Source: Candidatus Latescibacterota bacterium
GTDB lineage: Bacteria; Latescibacterota; UBA2968; UBA8231
Assembly (NCBI GenBank): GCA_965242865.1
Contig: CBDETK010000013.1
Coordinates: 3,328,001 to 3,392,000 of the forward strand
Direction of reading: 5' to 3'
Length of the DNA: 64,000 nt
A program made the position numbers and the translations under genes. Positions within the stretch are counted from its first letter, which is position 1, and each line of letters begins with the position of its first letter. Below, piece by piece: positions 48,940 to 59,360 of the stretch. The notes under the pieces are model-generated. The model saw only the letters and a list, made by a program, of their open reading frames with translations, ran no database searches and was not told the origin of the DNA.

Positions 48940-49224
48940 ATGGCCGCACCCCGCCAACGCCTGCTCTACTTGCAGGCCCGCACCCCCAGCGTCATGTCCA
49001 ACATCATCGGCCTCACGCTCATCGAGCCGGTCGCGGGCTTTGTGCCCGAAATCCGCGCTGAATCAGCACCCGACTGGCCCTACCAAACCGTACACGACGC
49101 CGTAGTAGATGGCTGGCAAATCGTCCAATTCCCCCATCTACAGGCCCCGTTCGACGACCGGGAGTTGGACGTAATAGGCTATGAGTTCATCTTACAGAAA
49201 ATGGAGGATATCGCCGATGGATAA
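48940..49224 (+). CDS. Hypothetical protein
   Basis: AGGAG RBS, overlaps the next gene, PYQTVHDAVVDGWQIVQFP. Confidence 0.6.
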   Translation: MAAPRQRLLYLQARTPSVMSNIIGLTLIEPVAGFVPEIRAESAPDWPYQTVHDAVVDGWQIVQFPHLQAPFDDRELDVIGYEFILQKMEDIADG

Positions 49225-49996
49225 GCATTTGCTCAGCGACGCCGAAGTGGCCCGTTTCCTCGTCTCCGGCTACCACCTCGTCGAGCCGGAGTTGCCCGCC
49301 GGACTCAACGAGTCCATCGCCGCCCAGCTCGACTCTTTAGACTACAACCCCGGCGACGCCATCACCGACGCCGTGCCCCTGCTCTGGCAGGTGCTCGACC
49401 ATCCGGCCGTCACCGGCGCCCTCGTCAGCCTGCTCGGGCCGGACTACGAGGTGCAGTCGCATCGCCACTGGCATTGCAAGCAGCCAAACTCCCCGCAGAT
49501 GAGCTGGCACCAAGACGGCCTCAACAACCGCGACGTCCTGCTCAACCGCTTCTTGGGGCTGTACTACCCGACCGACGTCACGCCCGACATGGGGCCGACG
49601 ATCATCGTCCCCGGCACCCAGTTCCGCAACGCGCCGACGGACCGCATGGCCACGTACACCAACATCCGTGGCCAAGTGCCGCTGGTAGTCAAGGCCGGTA
49701 CTGTGGCCTTCACGCACTACGACCTGTGGCACGGCACGGCCGCCAACCGCTCGTCGCACAAGCGCCACATGATCAAGTTCCTCTTCCGCCGCACCCGGGA
49801 CAACACCGCCCCCACTTGGAACCACGACCCGGCCGCGGCCAACAAGCCCACCGACTGGAACGAGCGCGACCGGGCCGAGGACGTCACCAACATCCTCAAC
49901 TTCACCAATCCGCTCGGCGTCTCCCAGAGCGACCACTACAAGGAGCGAGCCATCCGCCGCCAAAACTGGAACTACCTCATGGGCCGGTCGGCCTAA
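49217..49996 (+). CDS. PhyH-family dioxygenase
   Basis: WHQD, YYPTDV..DMGPT, HYDLWHG. Confidence 0.88.
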   Translation: MDKHLLSDAEVARFLVSGYHLVEPELPAGLNESIAAQLDSLDYNPGDAITDAVPLLWQVLDHPAVTGALVSLLGPDYEVQSHRHWHCKQPNSPQMSWHQDGLNNRDVLLNRFLGLYYPTDVTPDMGPTIIVPGTQFRNAPTDRMATYTNIRGQVPLVVKAGTVAFTHYDLWHGTAANRSSHKRHMIKFLFRRTRDNTAPTWNHDPAAANKPTDWNERDRAEDVTNILNFTNPLGVSQSDHYKERAIRRQNWNYLMGRSA

Positions 49997-50024
49997 TCCC
50001 AACCTCTAGCCAAGAAAGCACACC

Positions 50025-50702
50025 ATGACCATCCAAATCGCTCGCGTTGAAGAGCGTTTCAAATGCCCCGGCCCTCAGCCCAATGGGCTGCAAGCCGCGC
50101 CCGACGGCCTCTGGTGCATCGACCAAGTTGACCTCAAGGTCTATAAATTCGACTACGAAAGCGGCGAGACCCTTTTTGCGGCCCAGACCGACACCGAGCA
50201 CTCCAGCGGCATCACGCTCGGCGGCGGCTCTCTGTGGATCGCCTCGACCTTTGAACTCAAGATCGCCCGCCTCGACCCGGCGACCGGCCAAACCATCGCC
50301 AAGCTAGATTCGCCCGGCAATGGCGTCGTCGCTTGGGTGGCCGACCAGCAGCATGGCCGCGTCACCGGGGCGCACGGCTTAGAGTGGCAAGACGGCCAGG
50401 TGTACGTGGCCTCGCCGCCCTCGCAATTCGTCCACGTGATGGATGCCAACACCTGGGAAGAAGTCCACTCCTTCCGCGTCCCCGGCCTCCGGGTCCACGG
50501 CCTAGCGTGGGCGGGCGACGGCACCCTGTGGGCCGCGGACACCTCGGCCGGCACCATCAATCGCCTCGACCCCCGCGACGGGCGCATCTGGGAGGTCGTC
50601 CGCGTTGAGGCCCCCACCGAGGTCCACGGGCTGACCATCCACGAGGGCGTGCTCTGGTACTGCGACGCGGCCACGCGCGCCATCGGCCAACTCCACCTCT
50701 AA
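50025..50702 (+). CDS. Beta-propeller protein (Vgb/glutaminyl-cyclase-like)
   Basis: Repeated (H/N/S)G(L/I)...G.LW blades. Confidence 0.65.
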   Translation: MTIQIARVEERFKCPGPQPNGLQAAPDGLWCIDQVDLKVYKFDYESGETLFAAQTDTEHSSGITLGGGSLWIASTFELKIARLDPATGQTIAKLDSPGNGVVAWVADQQHGRVTGAHGLEWQDGQVYVASPPSQFVHVMDANTWEEVHSFRVPGLRVHGLAWAGDGTLWAADTSAGTINRLDPRDGRIWEVVRVEAPTEVHGLTIHEGVLWYCDAATRAIGQLHL

Positions 50703-50716
50703 AGAAAGGGACTCCA

Positions 50717-51838
50717 TTGAAGATCACAGAGGTCAAAACCGCTCAAGTGCGCGTCCGGGCCGGCTATCTCTACCACTACGTCCGCATCCACACGGATGAG
50801 GGCCTCTACGGCACAGGCGAGGCCAGCCACGTCGATGGCGGCTGGCGCGGCTCCACCCAATCCATGGCCGCCCAGCTCATCGGCAAGGACCCGCGCGATG
50901 TCGATGCGCTCTTTGAGGGCATCCGCCGCAGCTACATCTTCCGCGGCGGCATGGCGGGCTTGGCGATTTCGGTGCTGACCGGCCTTGAGATCGCGCTTTG
51001 GGACTTGGCCGGTAAGGCCCAGGGCGTCCCCGTCTATCGGCTCTTGGGCGGCAAATTCCGCGACCGGGTGCGCCTCTACGTCGATAGCGCGCATTCGGAT
51101 TACAAAAGGCGCGCCGAGGACGTGCGGGCCCAAGGCTTCAACGCGATTAAGTTCGACCTCGACGACTCAAGCCACCCCGAAAAGCTCGATCCTTGGAACT
51201 GGTCGGTGGCCCCGGCCGAGTTGGAAGACTTAGTCGATCAAGCCCACCAGATCCGCGAGGCGGTTGGCCCCCATATCGACTTGGCCATTGACCTGCACGG
51301 CCGCTACGATGCCACCGCCGGCATGAAGTTCGCCCACGCGCTAGAGGGCCTGAATCTGATGTGGCTCGAAGAGCCGGTCCCGCCCGAGAACATCGACGCC
51401 CTCAAGCGCGTCACCCGCTCGACCCGCACCCCGATTTGCGCTGGCGAGAATGCCTATTTGCGCTATGGCTTCCGCGACATGCTCGAACAGCAAGCGGTCG
51501 ATATCATCATGCCCGACATTTCCAAGTGCGGCGGCCTATCCGAGTGTCGCAAGATCGCCAACATGGCCGAGGCGTACTACATCCCCTTTGCCCCGCACAA
51601 CAATTCGAGTGCCTTGAGCACGGTGGCCGACGCCCACGTCTGCGCCAGCGTCCCCAATTTTCTCGCCTTGGAGTTCCATCGCTACGACGACCCGACGTGG
51701 TGCGAGGTGGTCCTCGCCGACGAGCCGGTGATTCAGGAGGGACACGTGGTGTTGAGCGAAAAGCCGGGGCTGGGGGTGGAGCTAAACGAGGCGTTTCTGC
51801 AAAGTTCGCTGGAAGACGGGGAACCGCTCTGGCAGTAG
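50717..51838 (+). CDS. Mandelate racemase family enolase (galactonate dehydratase-like)
   Basis: IALWDLAGK, KFD, IDLHG, WLEEP, AGEN, PHN. Confidence 0.9.
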   Translation: MKITEVKTAQVRVRAGYLYHYVRIHTDEGLYGTGEASHVDGGWRGSTQSMAAQLIGKDPRDVDALFEGIRRSYIFRGGMAGLAISVLTGLEIALWDLAGKAQGVPVYRLLGGKFRDRVRLYVDSAHSDYKRRAEDVRAQGFNAIKFDLDDSSHPEKLDPWNWSVAPAELEDLVDQAHQIREAVGPHIDLAIDLHGRYDATAGMKFAHALEGLNLMWLEEPVPPENIDALKRVTRSTRTPICAGENAYLRYGFRDMLEQQAVDIIMPDISKCGGLSECRKIANMAEAYYIPFAPHNNSSALSTVADAHVCASVPNFLALEFHRYDDPTWCEVVLADEPVIQEGHVVLSEKPGLGVELNEAFLQSSLEDGEPLWQ

Positions 51839-51846
51839 GAGGAAAG

Positions 51847-52236
51847 ATGACCCAACGCACCGCACACAACCCGGCTTGGCCTTGGGCCGAGAAATTCCGC
51901 ATCGCACAAGCCGTGCAGGTCGGCACTACGGTCTATGTCTCCGGCCAAGGGCCTATTGATCCGGCAGGGAATCTCGTCGGCGAAGGCGACATGGCCGCCC
52001 AGTCGCGCCAAGTTTTTGCCAACATCCGCGCCGTGCTCGCCGAAGCCGGCGCGACCATGGACGACGTGGTCAAAATTACCTCGTTTATCACCGACACCCG
52101 CCTCTATCCCGAATACTCGGCCGCCCGCGCCGCCGCCTTTCCCAATCGCGTCCCCGCCAGTTCCACTGTGACGGTCGCGGACTTAGTGCTGCCCGGGATG
52201 CTCGTCGAGGTCGAGGCCATTGCCGTGCTACAGTAG
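51847..52236 (+). CDS. RidA family protein
   Basis: VYVSGQ, DVVK, PASS, LVEVEAIA. Confidence 0.9.
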   Translation: MTQRTAHNPAWPWAEKFRIAQAVQVGTTVYVSGQGPIDPAGNLVGEGDMAAQSRQVFANIRAVLAEAGATMDDVVKITSFITDTRLYPEYSAARAAAFPNRVPASSTVTVADLVLPGMLVEVEAIAVLQ

Positions 52237-53463
52237 AATCCCGGCCACGCAGGCCGTCATAAAACAGGCCAACGAGCCGCCGAGCATGGCGCGGAAGCCC
52301 AAGCGCGCTAGCTCGCTGCGCCGCGCCGGGGCGATGGCGCCAATGCCGCCGAGCTGGATGCCAATACTGCTGAAGTTGGCGAAACCGCACAGGGCATACG
52401 TCAAAATGGCCACCGAGCGCGGACTCAACTCTACGCCCGAGCCGGGCTGGAGCCACTGGCTCAGTTGGAGATATGAGACAAATTCGTTGGCCACCATTTT
52501 CTTGCCCAACAACTCGCCAGCCGCCAAACAATCTCCGGCTTCAATGCCCATCAAGTAGGCAAAGGGCGCGAAGAGGTAGCCCAACGCCGCGGACAAAGAC
52601 CACTCCAAGCCCTCCAGGCCGAGGAGGTAGGACGCGCCCCGGCCCAATAAACCCAGCGCCCCGTCCAACAGGGCGATCAACCCCAAGGCGGCAATGAGCA
52701 TGGCCGCCACGTTCAGGGCCAGCCGCAAACCATCCAAGGTGCCGTTGGCCGCGGCCTCCACCACATTGGTAGCCGTGCGCTCCACCTCGATAGCGACCTG
52801 CCCCAAGGTCTGGGACGCCTCCACTTCCGGCTGCATCACCTTGGCCACCAACAGCGCGGCCGGGGCCGAAATCACCGAGGCGGCCACCAAGTGCCCGGCG
52901 TCGATTCCCAAGCCCACGAAAGCCGCCAATACGCCGCCGGCAATGGTGGCAAAGCCGCCGACCATCAAGGCCATTAGCTCCGACCGGGTCATGCTGGCCA
53001 CGTACGGGCGCACGACCAGCGGGGCCTCGGTTTGGCCGACGAAGATGTTGGCGGCCGCGGCCAAGCTCTCCGCGCCCGAGGTGTGCAGGGTGCGGCGCAT
53101 GACCCACGCGAAGGCCGCCACCACGGGCTGGATCAAGCCCAAGTGGTAGAGCACGCTCATCAGGGCGGAAACGAAAATAATGGTCGGCAGCACCTTGAAG
53201 GCGAAAAAGTGCTCGCCGAAATTCGCGCCAAAAACAAATTCGGACCCGGCATCGACATAGCTGAACAAGGCGGTAAAGAAAGTGCCGATATAGCTAAAAA
53301 ACGCCTGTCCGAACTGGGTCTTGAGAACGAGCACAGCCAAGGCGAATTGAAGCCCTAGTCCTCCCAACAGGATTCGTCGCTTCACCTGGCACCGGTCGGC
53401 ACTCAAGGCAAAGGCCAAGGCGACCATGATCAGAAGTCCAAACAGGCTGATGAGTCGTTCCAT
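52228..53463 (-). CDS. CNT/NupC-family nucleoside transporter
   Basis: FAFKVLPTIIF, IFVGQTEAP, NEFVSY, CGFANFSSIGI. Confidence 0.93.
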   Translation of the reverse strand: MERLISLFGLLIMVALAFALSADRCQVKRRILLGGLGLQFALAVLVLKTQFGQAFFSYIGTFFTALFSYVDAGSEFVFGANFGEHFFAFKVLPTIIFVSALMSVLYHLGLIQPVVAAFAWVMRRTLHTSGAESLAAAANIFVGQTEAPLVVRPYVASMTRSELMALMVGGFATIAGGVLAAFVGLGIDAGHLVAASVISAPAALLVAKVMQPEVEASQTLGQVAIEVERTATNVVEAAANGTLDGLRLALNVAAMLIAALGLIALLDGALGLLGRGASYLLGLEGLEWSLSAALGYLFAPFAYLMGIEAGDCLAAGELLGKKMVANEFVSYLQLSQWLQPGSGVELSPRSVAILTYALCGFANFSSIGIQLGGIGAIAPARRSELARLGFRAMLGGSLACFMTACVAGILL

Positions 53464-53488
53464 CTGCCCTCACTTGTCGCGGTGTCCG

Positions 53489-53515
53489 GGATCGAGGGCA
53501 AGATGCCCTCGATCC
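53489..53515. repeat. Intergenic REP-like hairpin, copy 2
   Basis: GGATCGAGGGCAAGATGCCCTCGATCC. Confidence 0.8.
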
Positions 53516-53553
53516 TTGTAAGGCTGCTGCCGACCTCTTCCCCCGCGCACCGC

Positions 53554-56500
53554 TCAATAGGTGTAGCGCAAGCCGACCTGCACCTCGCGCGGATCGCCCA
53601 AGCCCGACTGCACGGTGCCGTCAAAATTGAACAGCAGACCGGCGCTGGAGGGATCGCGGAAGTTGTCCGTGTTGAACAGGTTGAACACCTCGACGAGGAG
53701 CTCCAATTGGCCGTTGCCCACGGGAAAGGGCCGCGACAGCCGCACGTCATAGGAGAAAAATGCGTTGTCCTTGCGCAGGGTGTTGCGCTTGATGATGGAG
53801 CCATCGCCGCATATCCGGTCGGAATCGGCCCCCCACGGGTTCGTTGAAGGCGTGCCCGAGCCTCGGTTGTCGTCGCCGCAGGATTCGGAGGTCGGCTGCG
53901 CCGAATAGTAACTCACGCGCTGGTTGAGCAAGACCGCGCCGGGCAACTCGGCCAAGGCCCACCCGTTGAAGCGGTGGCGCTGGTCGCGGTCTGAGTAGGA
54001 CCACTCGCGTTCCAACTGCGTTGGATCGACGTAGCGGAACGTGAAGGGGTCGCGCTCGTTGTCGTCGTCGGACCGATCCCACGACAAAGTATAGTTGAGC
54101 TGGAACTGCAAGCGCTCGTGTACCATCTGCCGCAACCCAACGCTGAGGCCGTGGTAGCGCGACTTGGCGGTGCTCTCGACCACGGTCAAATCGCCTATGC
54201 CGTTGCTGCCGTCTGCGCCCAAGCCGGTTGACCACGGGGCACCAAAGACCGGGTCGTTGTGGTTGACAAAGCGCGTCAGATTATCGGTGCGGGCGTAGGT
54301 GTAACCGAGCGATCCCACCAAACCCCCCGGATGCAACTCGCGTTCAATGCCCACGTTGGTACTGAGGGTGCGCGGGTTCTCAAAGTTTTGATCGACGACA
54401 AAGATACTGGGCCGGAAGGGATCGCCTGCGGGCGTGGGCAACAGCTCGCCGTAGGTCGGCGGCCGCCCCAAAACGGGCGTCAGCTCGCTGGAGCGGAAAA
54501 TTCTCTGGCCGCGCGAGCCATTGGTCGATCTCGTACTGGCCACGTTCAAGCCCGGGATGCGGGCGTAGTACAGCCCGACACTGCCGCGCAACAAGGTCTT
54601 GTTGTCGCCCTGTACATCGTAGGCTACCCCTAGCCGCGGCTGGAACATATCCCAGTCCGAGGGGATTTTGCCGTTGGAGGGGAAAGTGTAGGTGCCGGTG
54701 TCGTTGGTTTTCGTTTGGCCAATAAAATCGGCGAAGAACACCTCGTCTGGCTCGGTGAGTACGTCGGGCTGGATTTGGGCCTCCCAGCGCAGACCGTAAT
54801 TGAGCGTGAGCTGGTCCGAGGGCTTCCAACTGTCTTGCGCGAACAGGGCCAACTCGTGCTGGGGGATGCTTTGCGTACCCACCTCTTCCACGGTGAGGCT
54901 GCCGACGCCGGTTTGCTGCAAATAGACCAAGACCGGGCCGGTGATAGTCGCCTCCTCGGGACAGACCCCGTCCATGCTGGTGCTGCCGTCCGAGCACTCG
55001 ACATAGCCGTTGCCCTGCTCGACGAAGTTGAGGAAGCCATCGACCGAATTGAAGATGTAGCGGCCATTGGCAAAGCCGACGAAGGTCTGGGTAGAGCCGA
55101 CCAGATTCCACTCGGCACCGGCTTTGATCAAGTGATCCCCCCTGCTCACGGAAACATTGTTGAGCAGTTGAAGGCGGGTGTCGTAGTAATCAACCGGAAT
55201 GAAGAAGGGCATGCCAAAGCGATAGCCCGCGACAAAATCCATGCCCGTATCGGGAAAAGGCCGCCCGGTGTCGGGGTTGTCCGGCCCCCGGTACGGACGC
55301 GGCCTATCCTCGCGGGCGATCTGGAAGCGGAACTCGTTGGTCGCGGTGGGGGACAGCACCGACAGCAAGCTGCCGTTGAACGCATGGGACCAGTCCCGCT
55401 CGACCGCGTTGGCACTGCGGGCCCACGAATCCACATCGAAGGTGCCGTTTTTCTGTTCCGACCAAGTGTAGTTGTATTTGAAGGTGGCGTAGTGCGCCTC
55501 GGACAAGCGGTAGTCGATCTTGGCGAGAAAGGCGCGGGCGTCGTTGGTGCGGTTGATGGCCCGGTAGTCTCCGGCCAACGCTCCGCCGAACTCCCCGTCC
55601 ATGAACTCGCGCAAGCGGCCGTCTATGCGCTCAACGTCGTCCTGCTTGGTGTCTTCAAAGACCTGCTGGTCGTACGCGGTAAAAAAGAAGGCTTTGTCCG
55701 CGATCAGGGGGCCGCCCAAGGTAAAGCCGGACTGCACTTGCCTGAAATCGGGATCGCGTTCCACCCCTTGGTGCCGGGCGGTCCCGGACAAGGCGTCGTG
55801 CTTGCCAAAAAAATGCACGGACCCGTGCAGGTCGTTGGTCCCCGACTTGGTGATGACGTTGACAAACCCGCCGCTGGAGCGGCCAAATTCGGCGTTGGCT
55901 CCTTGGGGCACCACGACGATTTCTTGTACCGCGTCCAAATTAAAGGTGAAGGCCGGGCGCTGCCCGCCGCGTTGTTCGCCGAAGAAGGGGTTGTTGAAAT
56001 CGGCCCCATCCACTGAGACGTTGTTGTGGATGCCGCGCTGGCCGGCAATGGTCAGTTCGTCGCCATCAGGCCCCTGCACAATCGCGACGCCCGGGGTCAA
56101 TAGGGTCAGGTCGAGGAAATTGCGCCCGTTGTTGGGCAAGTCCTGCACGGCTTCTTCGGGCAGGCGCGTGGCCGGCTCGCTCTGGGTGATGTCCACCGCG
56201 GGGGCCGTTGCCTCAACGACCAGCTCCTCCAACTGCGGCACCATTTTGACGGTCAGCTCCACGGTCTCGCCGACCCGCACTTGCACCCCGGTCTGCCGCA
56301 TGTCGCTGTGCCCGGCCGCCTGCACGGTTACTTCGTAGTGCCCCAAGGGCAGCAAGGTCGCCGTGAACAGCCCCAGCTCAGACGAGGTGAGGGTGCGCTC
56401 GTAGTTGGTCCGCGTCTCCTTGAGCGAGATCGTGGCGTTGCCAATGGGCTGGTTGAACTGGTCCTGCACCAAGCCGCGGATGACGCCGGTGGTCGCTTGG

Positions 56501-56586
56501 GATTGGGCCGAGGCGGGTTCGCCCAACAGGACGGTGCCCAATAGCGCGGTGAGAAGGGCGAAAAAACAAACTCGGTTCGTCGGCAT
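53554..56586 (-). CDS. TonB-dependent receptor (Oar-like)
   Basis: Signal peptide, carboxypeptidase-regulatory-like N-domain, LPNNGRNF, ITKSGTN, terminal QVGLRYTY. Confidence 0.9.
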   Translation of the reverse strand: MPTNRVCFFALLTALLGTVLLGEPASAQSQATTGVIRGLVQDQFNQPIGNATISLKETRTNYERTLTSSELGLFTATLLPLGHYEVTVQAAGHSDMRQTGVQVRVGETVELTVKMVPQLEELVVEATAPAVDITQSEPATRLPEEAVQDLPNNGRNFLDLTLLTPGVAIVQGPDGDELTIAGQRGIHNNVSVDGADFNNPFFGEQRGGQRPAFTFNLDAVQEIVVVPQGANAEFGRSSGGFVNVITKSGTNDLHGSVHFFGKHDALSGTARHQGVERDPDFRQVQSGFTLGGPLIADKAFFFTAYDQQVFEDTKQDDVERIDGRLREFMDGEFGGALAGDYRAINRTNDARAFLAKIDYRLSEAHYATFKYNYTWSEQKNGTFDVDSWARSANAVERDWSHAFNGSLLSVLSPTATNEFRFQIAREDRPRPYRGPDNPDTGRPFPDTGMDFVAGYRFGMPFFIPVDYYDTRLQLLNNVSVSRGDHLIKAGAEWNLVGSTQTFVGFANGRYIFNSVDGFLNFVEQGNGYVECSDGSTSMDGVCPEEATITGPVLVYLQQTGVGSLTVEEVGTQSIPQHELALFAQDSWKPSDQLTLNYGLRWEAQIQPDVLTEPDEVFFADFIGQTKTNDTGTYTFPSNGKIPSDWDMFQPRLGVAYDVQGDNKTLLRGSVGLYYARIPGLNVASTRSTNGSRGQRIFRSSELTPVLGRPPTYGELLPTPAGDPFRPSIFVVDQNFENPRTLSTNVGIERELHPGGLVGSLGYTYARTDNLTRFVNHNDPVFGAPWSTGLGADGSNGIGDLTVVESTAKSRYHGLSVGLRQMVHERLQFQLNYTLSWDRSDDDNERDPFTFRYVDPTQLEREWSYSDRDQRHRFNGWALAELPGAVLLNQRVSYYSAQPTSESCGDDNRGSGTPSTNPWGADSDRICGDGSIIKRNTLRKDNAFFSYDVRLSRPFPVGNGQLELLVEVFNLFNTDNFRDPSSAGLLFNFDGTVQSGLGDPREVQVGLRYTY

Positions 56587-56698
56587 AAATGATCTCCTGA
56601 AAGTAAGAAGGTGCGTACTGAGAAGGTGTGATTCAGAATAATTTACAGTTTTCAAGCGACAGCCTTTTTTGTCGCCAAAATTTGGCCTTGTTGGTCGC

Positions 56699-57463
56699 CT
56701 AGTTGCGCGAGTTGTTTATATCCGATTCCCATTTTAGGGGATTGTTTTGGACGTAAGCCCGGATGTTGTCCAAAGATTCCTCGTTCCTGATGATGTGGTC
56801 GTGAAACGACCGTTGCCACAGTTTTCCATCAAAGGATTTCCAGCCATTATTTTTGACGCCTTCCATATATCTGTGGGTTGTAAATGATTTGAACCGATGT
56901 ATGATGTCCGATAATGACAGTGCCGGGACGACCGATAGTGACGCCGTCGGGCCTGTCGCCGGGCCTGTCGCTGGGCCTGTCGCTGGGCCTGTCGTCGGGA
57001 TCGTCGTCGGGATCGTCGTCGGGATCGTCGTCGGGACCCCCGTTGGGGCTGTCGTCGGGATCGTCGTCGGGCCTGTCGCTGGGACCGTCGCCGGTCCCAG
57101 CGTTGGGACAACCCCCTGTGGTTGTCCCGTTCCCGGCTTGGGCTTGGGACAGGCACGGGGGCCTGTCCCAACGGGGCCTGTCCCAACGGGGCCTGTCCCA
57201 ACGGTTCCGATAATGATAATGATGCCGTGGAGGTGGTTGGGCATTATTTGGAATTGGTCTATTTGGATGCCGCGATAAAATTTCGGCAATTCATTCCATG
57301 TTCTTTCCACCATTCTCCCCGCGTCGTTTGTAACCATCTGTCGATCTATTATTTCCCCGAACAATAGCTGTTTGTTTTGCGTGCAGATTGTAACGAAATA
57401 ATATCCCGCCTGAGAATAATCGTAATTTCGCAGCCGATTTGGTTTTCTGTTACGATTCTTCAT
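56699..57463 (-). CDS. REP-associated tyrosine transposase (RAYT, Y1/HUH)
   Basis: YFVTICT, MPNHLHGI, LWQRSFHDHIIR, YVQNNP; internal repeat insertion. Confidence 0.88.
   Translation of the reverse strand: MKNRNRKPNRLRNYDYSQAGYYFVTICTQNKQLLFGEIIDRQMVTNDAGRMVERTWNELPKFYRGIQIDQFQIMPNHLHGIIIIIGTVGTGPVGTGPVGTGPRACPKPKPGTGQPQGVVPTLGPATVPATGPTTIPTTAPTGVPTTIPTTIPTTIPTTGPATGPATGPATGPTASLSVVPALSLSDIIHRFKSFTTHRYMEGVKNNGWKSFDGKLWQRSFHDHIIRNEESLDNIRAYVQNNPLKWESDINNSRN
56943..57203. repeat. In-gene 12-bp and 15-bp tandem repeats plus a REP doublet
   Basis: GTCGTCGGGATC / GTCGCTGGGCCT units; GGGACAACCCCCTGTGGTTGTCCC; GGGACAGGCACGGGGGCCTGTCCC. Confidence 0.85.
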
Positions 57464-57487
57464 TATCACCTCAAAACGACAGTAATG

Positions 57488-57640
57488 ACATCGTGGGGAT
57501 GGCCCCTAACGACATCGTACGGACGCCCCCTAACATCGTACGGACAACCCCCTGTGGTTGTCCAGCGTCTAGCACGGGCCAGCATCCAGCACGGTCCTGT
57601 ATTTCGCCTGCATTCGGACAGACACGGGGGTCTGTCCCTA
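57488..57640. repeat. REP cluster upstream of the RAYT
   Basis: ACATCGT(A/G) units, GGACAACCCCCTGTGGTTGTCC, GGACAGACACGGGGGTCTGTCC. Confidence 0.8.
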
Positions 57641-59359
57641 GCGCGGCTCTCGATAGACATCCGGCCCAGAGCCGCCGACCAAGATATCCAGATCAACGCC
57701 CCTGTCGGCTTGCAACACATGCTGAATGTACAGCCCAGCATAGCCCCGCGTCTCTCGCGGCGCCGGCGGCGTCCACGTCCGGCGTCTTTTCGCCAGCTCC
57801 TCGTCGGACACGGCCATGTTCAATGACCGCTTCTCCACGTCCAGCTCGATCCGGTCGCCTTCTTGCACCAGGGCCAGCGGCCCGCCCACGGCCGCTTCGG
57901 GCGCGACGTGCAAAATCACCGTGCCGTAGGCCGTGCCGCTCATCCGCCCGTCCGAGATGCAAACCATGTCGCGCACCCCTTGCTGCAACAGCTTCTTGGG
58001 CAAGCCGAATTTTCCGGCTTCGGGCATGCCGGGAAACCCTTTTGGCCCAATGCCTTTCAAAATCAGGACGCAGTCCTTGTCAACGTCGAGGGCGGGATCG
58101 TCGATCCGCGTTCTGTAGTCCTCTATGTCTTCAAAGACTACGGCGCGCCCGCCGTGCTGCATGAGCGCGGGCGAAGCGGCCGAGGGCTTGATAATGGCCC
58201 CATCCGGGCAGAGGTTGCCCCGAAGCACGGCGATTCCCGCCGCTTCCTTGAGCGGCTCGTCGATGGAGGCGATGACCGCCCGGTTGTAGCATTGGGCCTC
58301 GGCTGTGTTCGCCCCGAGCGACTGGCCAGTCACCGTCAAGGTGTCTAGCTGTAGATGCTCCTTCATCTCTTGGATTACGACCGGCAAGCCCCCGGCGTAA
58401 AAAAAATCCTCCATCAGGTACTCGCCCGCGGGCATTAGGTTGACCAAGTGCGGCATGCGGCTGCCCAAGCGGTCGAAGTCGTCTAAGTCGAGCGCGACGC
58501 CGATCCGCCCGGCAATGGCCAATAGATGCACCACGAAATTGGTTGAGCCGCCCAGCGCGGCATTGACCTTGATGGCGTTTTCTATGGCCGGCCGCGTCAA
58601 AATGCGCGACATGCAAAGGCCCTCGCGGACCATCTCGACGATGCGATTGCCGGCCAAATGCCCCAAGCGCTTGCGCCGCGCGTCCGGTCCCGGGATCGCC
58701 GCGCCGCTCGGCAGGGTCAGCCCGAGGGTTTCGACCATGCAGGCCATCGTCGAGGCCGTGCCCATGGTCATGCAGTGCCCGTCGGAGCGGGAAATCCCGG
58801 CCTCGGCCTCTAGGTAATCCGAGCGCGAGATGCGCCCGGCCCGCCGCTCGGTCGTAAAGCGATAGACGTCCGTGCCGGAGCCGATGTTCTGATTGCGGAA
58901 TTTGCCGTTGAGCATCGGCCCGCCCGTCACCGCGATGGTCGGCAAGTCCACGCTCGCCGCGCCCATCAGGCAAGCGGGCGTGGTTTTGTCGCAGCCGGTC
59001 AGCAGCACCACCCCGTCGAGCGGATTGGCGCGGATGCTTTCCTCCACATCCATGCTCGCCAAGTTGCGGTAGAGCATGGTCGTGGGCTTCATCATGGTCT
59101 CGCCGAGGGAGGTGACTGGAAACTCGAGCGGAAAGCCCCCAGCCTCGTACACCCCGCGCTTGACCTGCTCGGCCAAAATCCGCAGATGGGCGTTGCAGGG
59201 ATTCAAGTCCGACCACGTGTTGCAGATCCCGATCACGGGCCGGCCGTCGAACATCTGCTCGGGATGGCCTTGGTTTTTGGCCCAGCCGCGGGACACAAAC
59301 CCTTGGTGCCACTCGTCGCCAAACCACGCCGCACTGCGGAGCTTGTCGTCGCCCGTCAT
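57638..59359 (-). CDS. IlvD/Edd family dehydratase (L-arabinonate dehydratase-like)
   Basis: PCN, GCDKT, HCMTMGTASTM, GGSTN, SDGRMSGT. Confidence 0.93.
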   Translation of the reverse strand: MTGDDKLRSAAWFGDEWHQGFVSRGWAKNQGHPEQMFDGRPVIGICNTWSDLNPCNAHLRILAEQVKRGVYEAGGFPLEFPVTSLGETMMKPTTMLYRNLASMDVEESIRANPLDGVVLLTGCDKTTPACLMGAASVDLPTIAVTGGPMLNGKFRNQNIGSGTDVYRFTTERRAGRISRSDYLEAEAGISRSDGHCMTMGTASTMACMVETLGLTLPSGAAIPGPDARRKRLGHLAGNRIVEMVREGLCMSRILTRPAIENAIKVNAALGGSTNFVVHLLAIAGRIGVALDLDDFDRLGSRMPHLVNLMPAGEYLMEDFFYAGGLPVVIQEMKEHLQLDTLTVTGQSLGANTAEAQCYNRAVIASIDEPLKEAAGIAVLRGNLCPDGAIIKPSAASPALMQHGGRAVVFEDIEDYRTRIDDPALDVDKDCVLILKGIGPKGFPGMPEAGKFGLPKKLLQQGVRDMVCISDGRMSGTAYGTVILHVAPEAAVGGPLALVQEGDRIELDVEKRSLNMAVSDEELAKRRRTWTPPAPRETRGYAGLYIQHVLQADRGVDLDILVGGSGPDVYREPR

Positions 59360-59360
59360 G

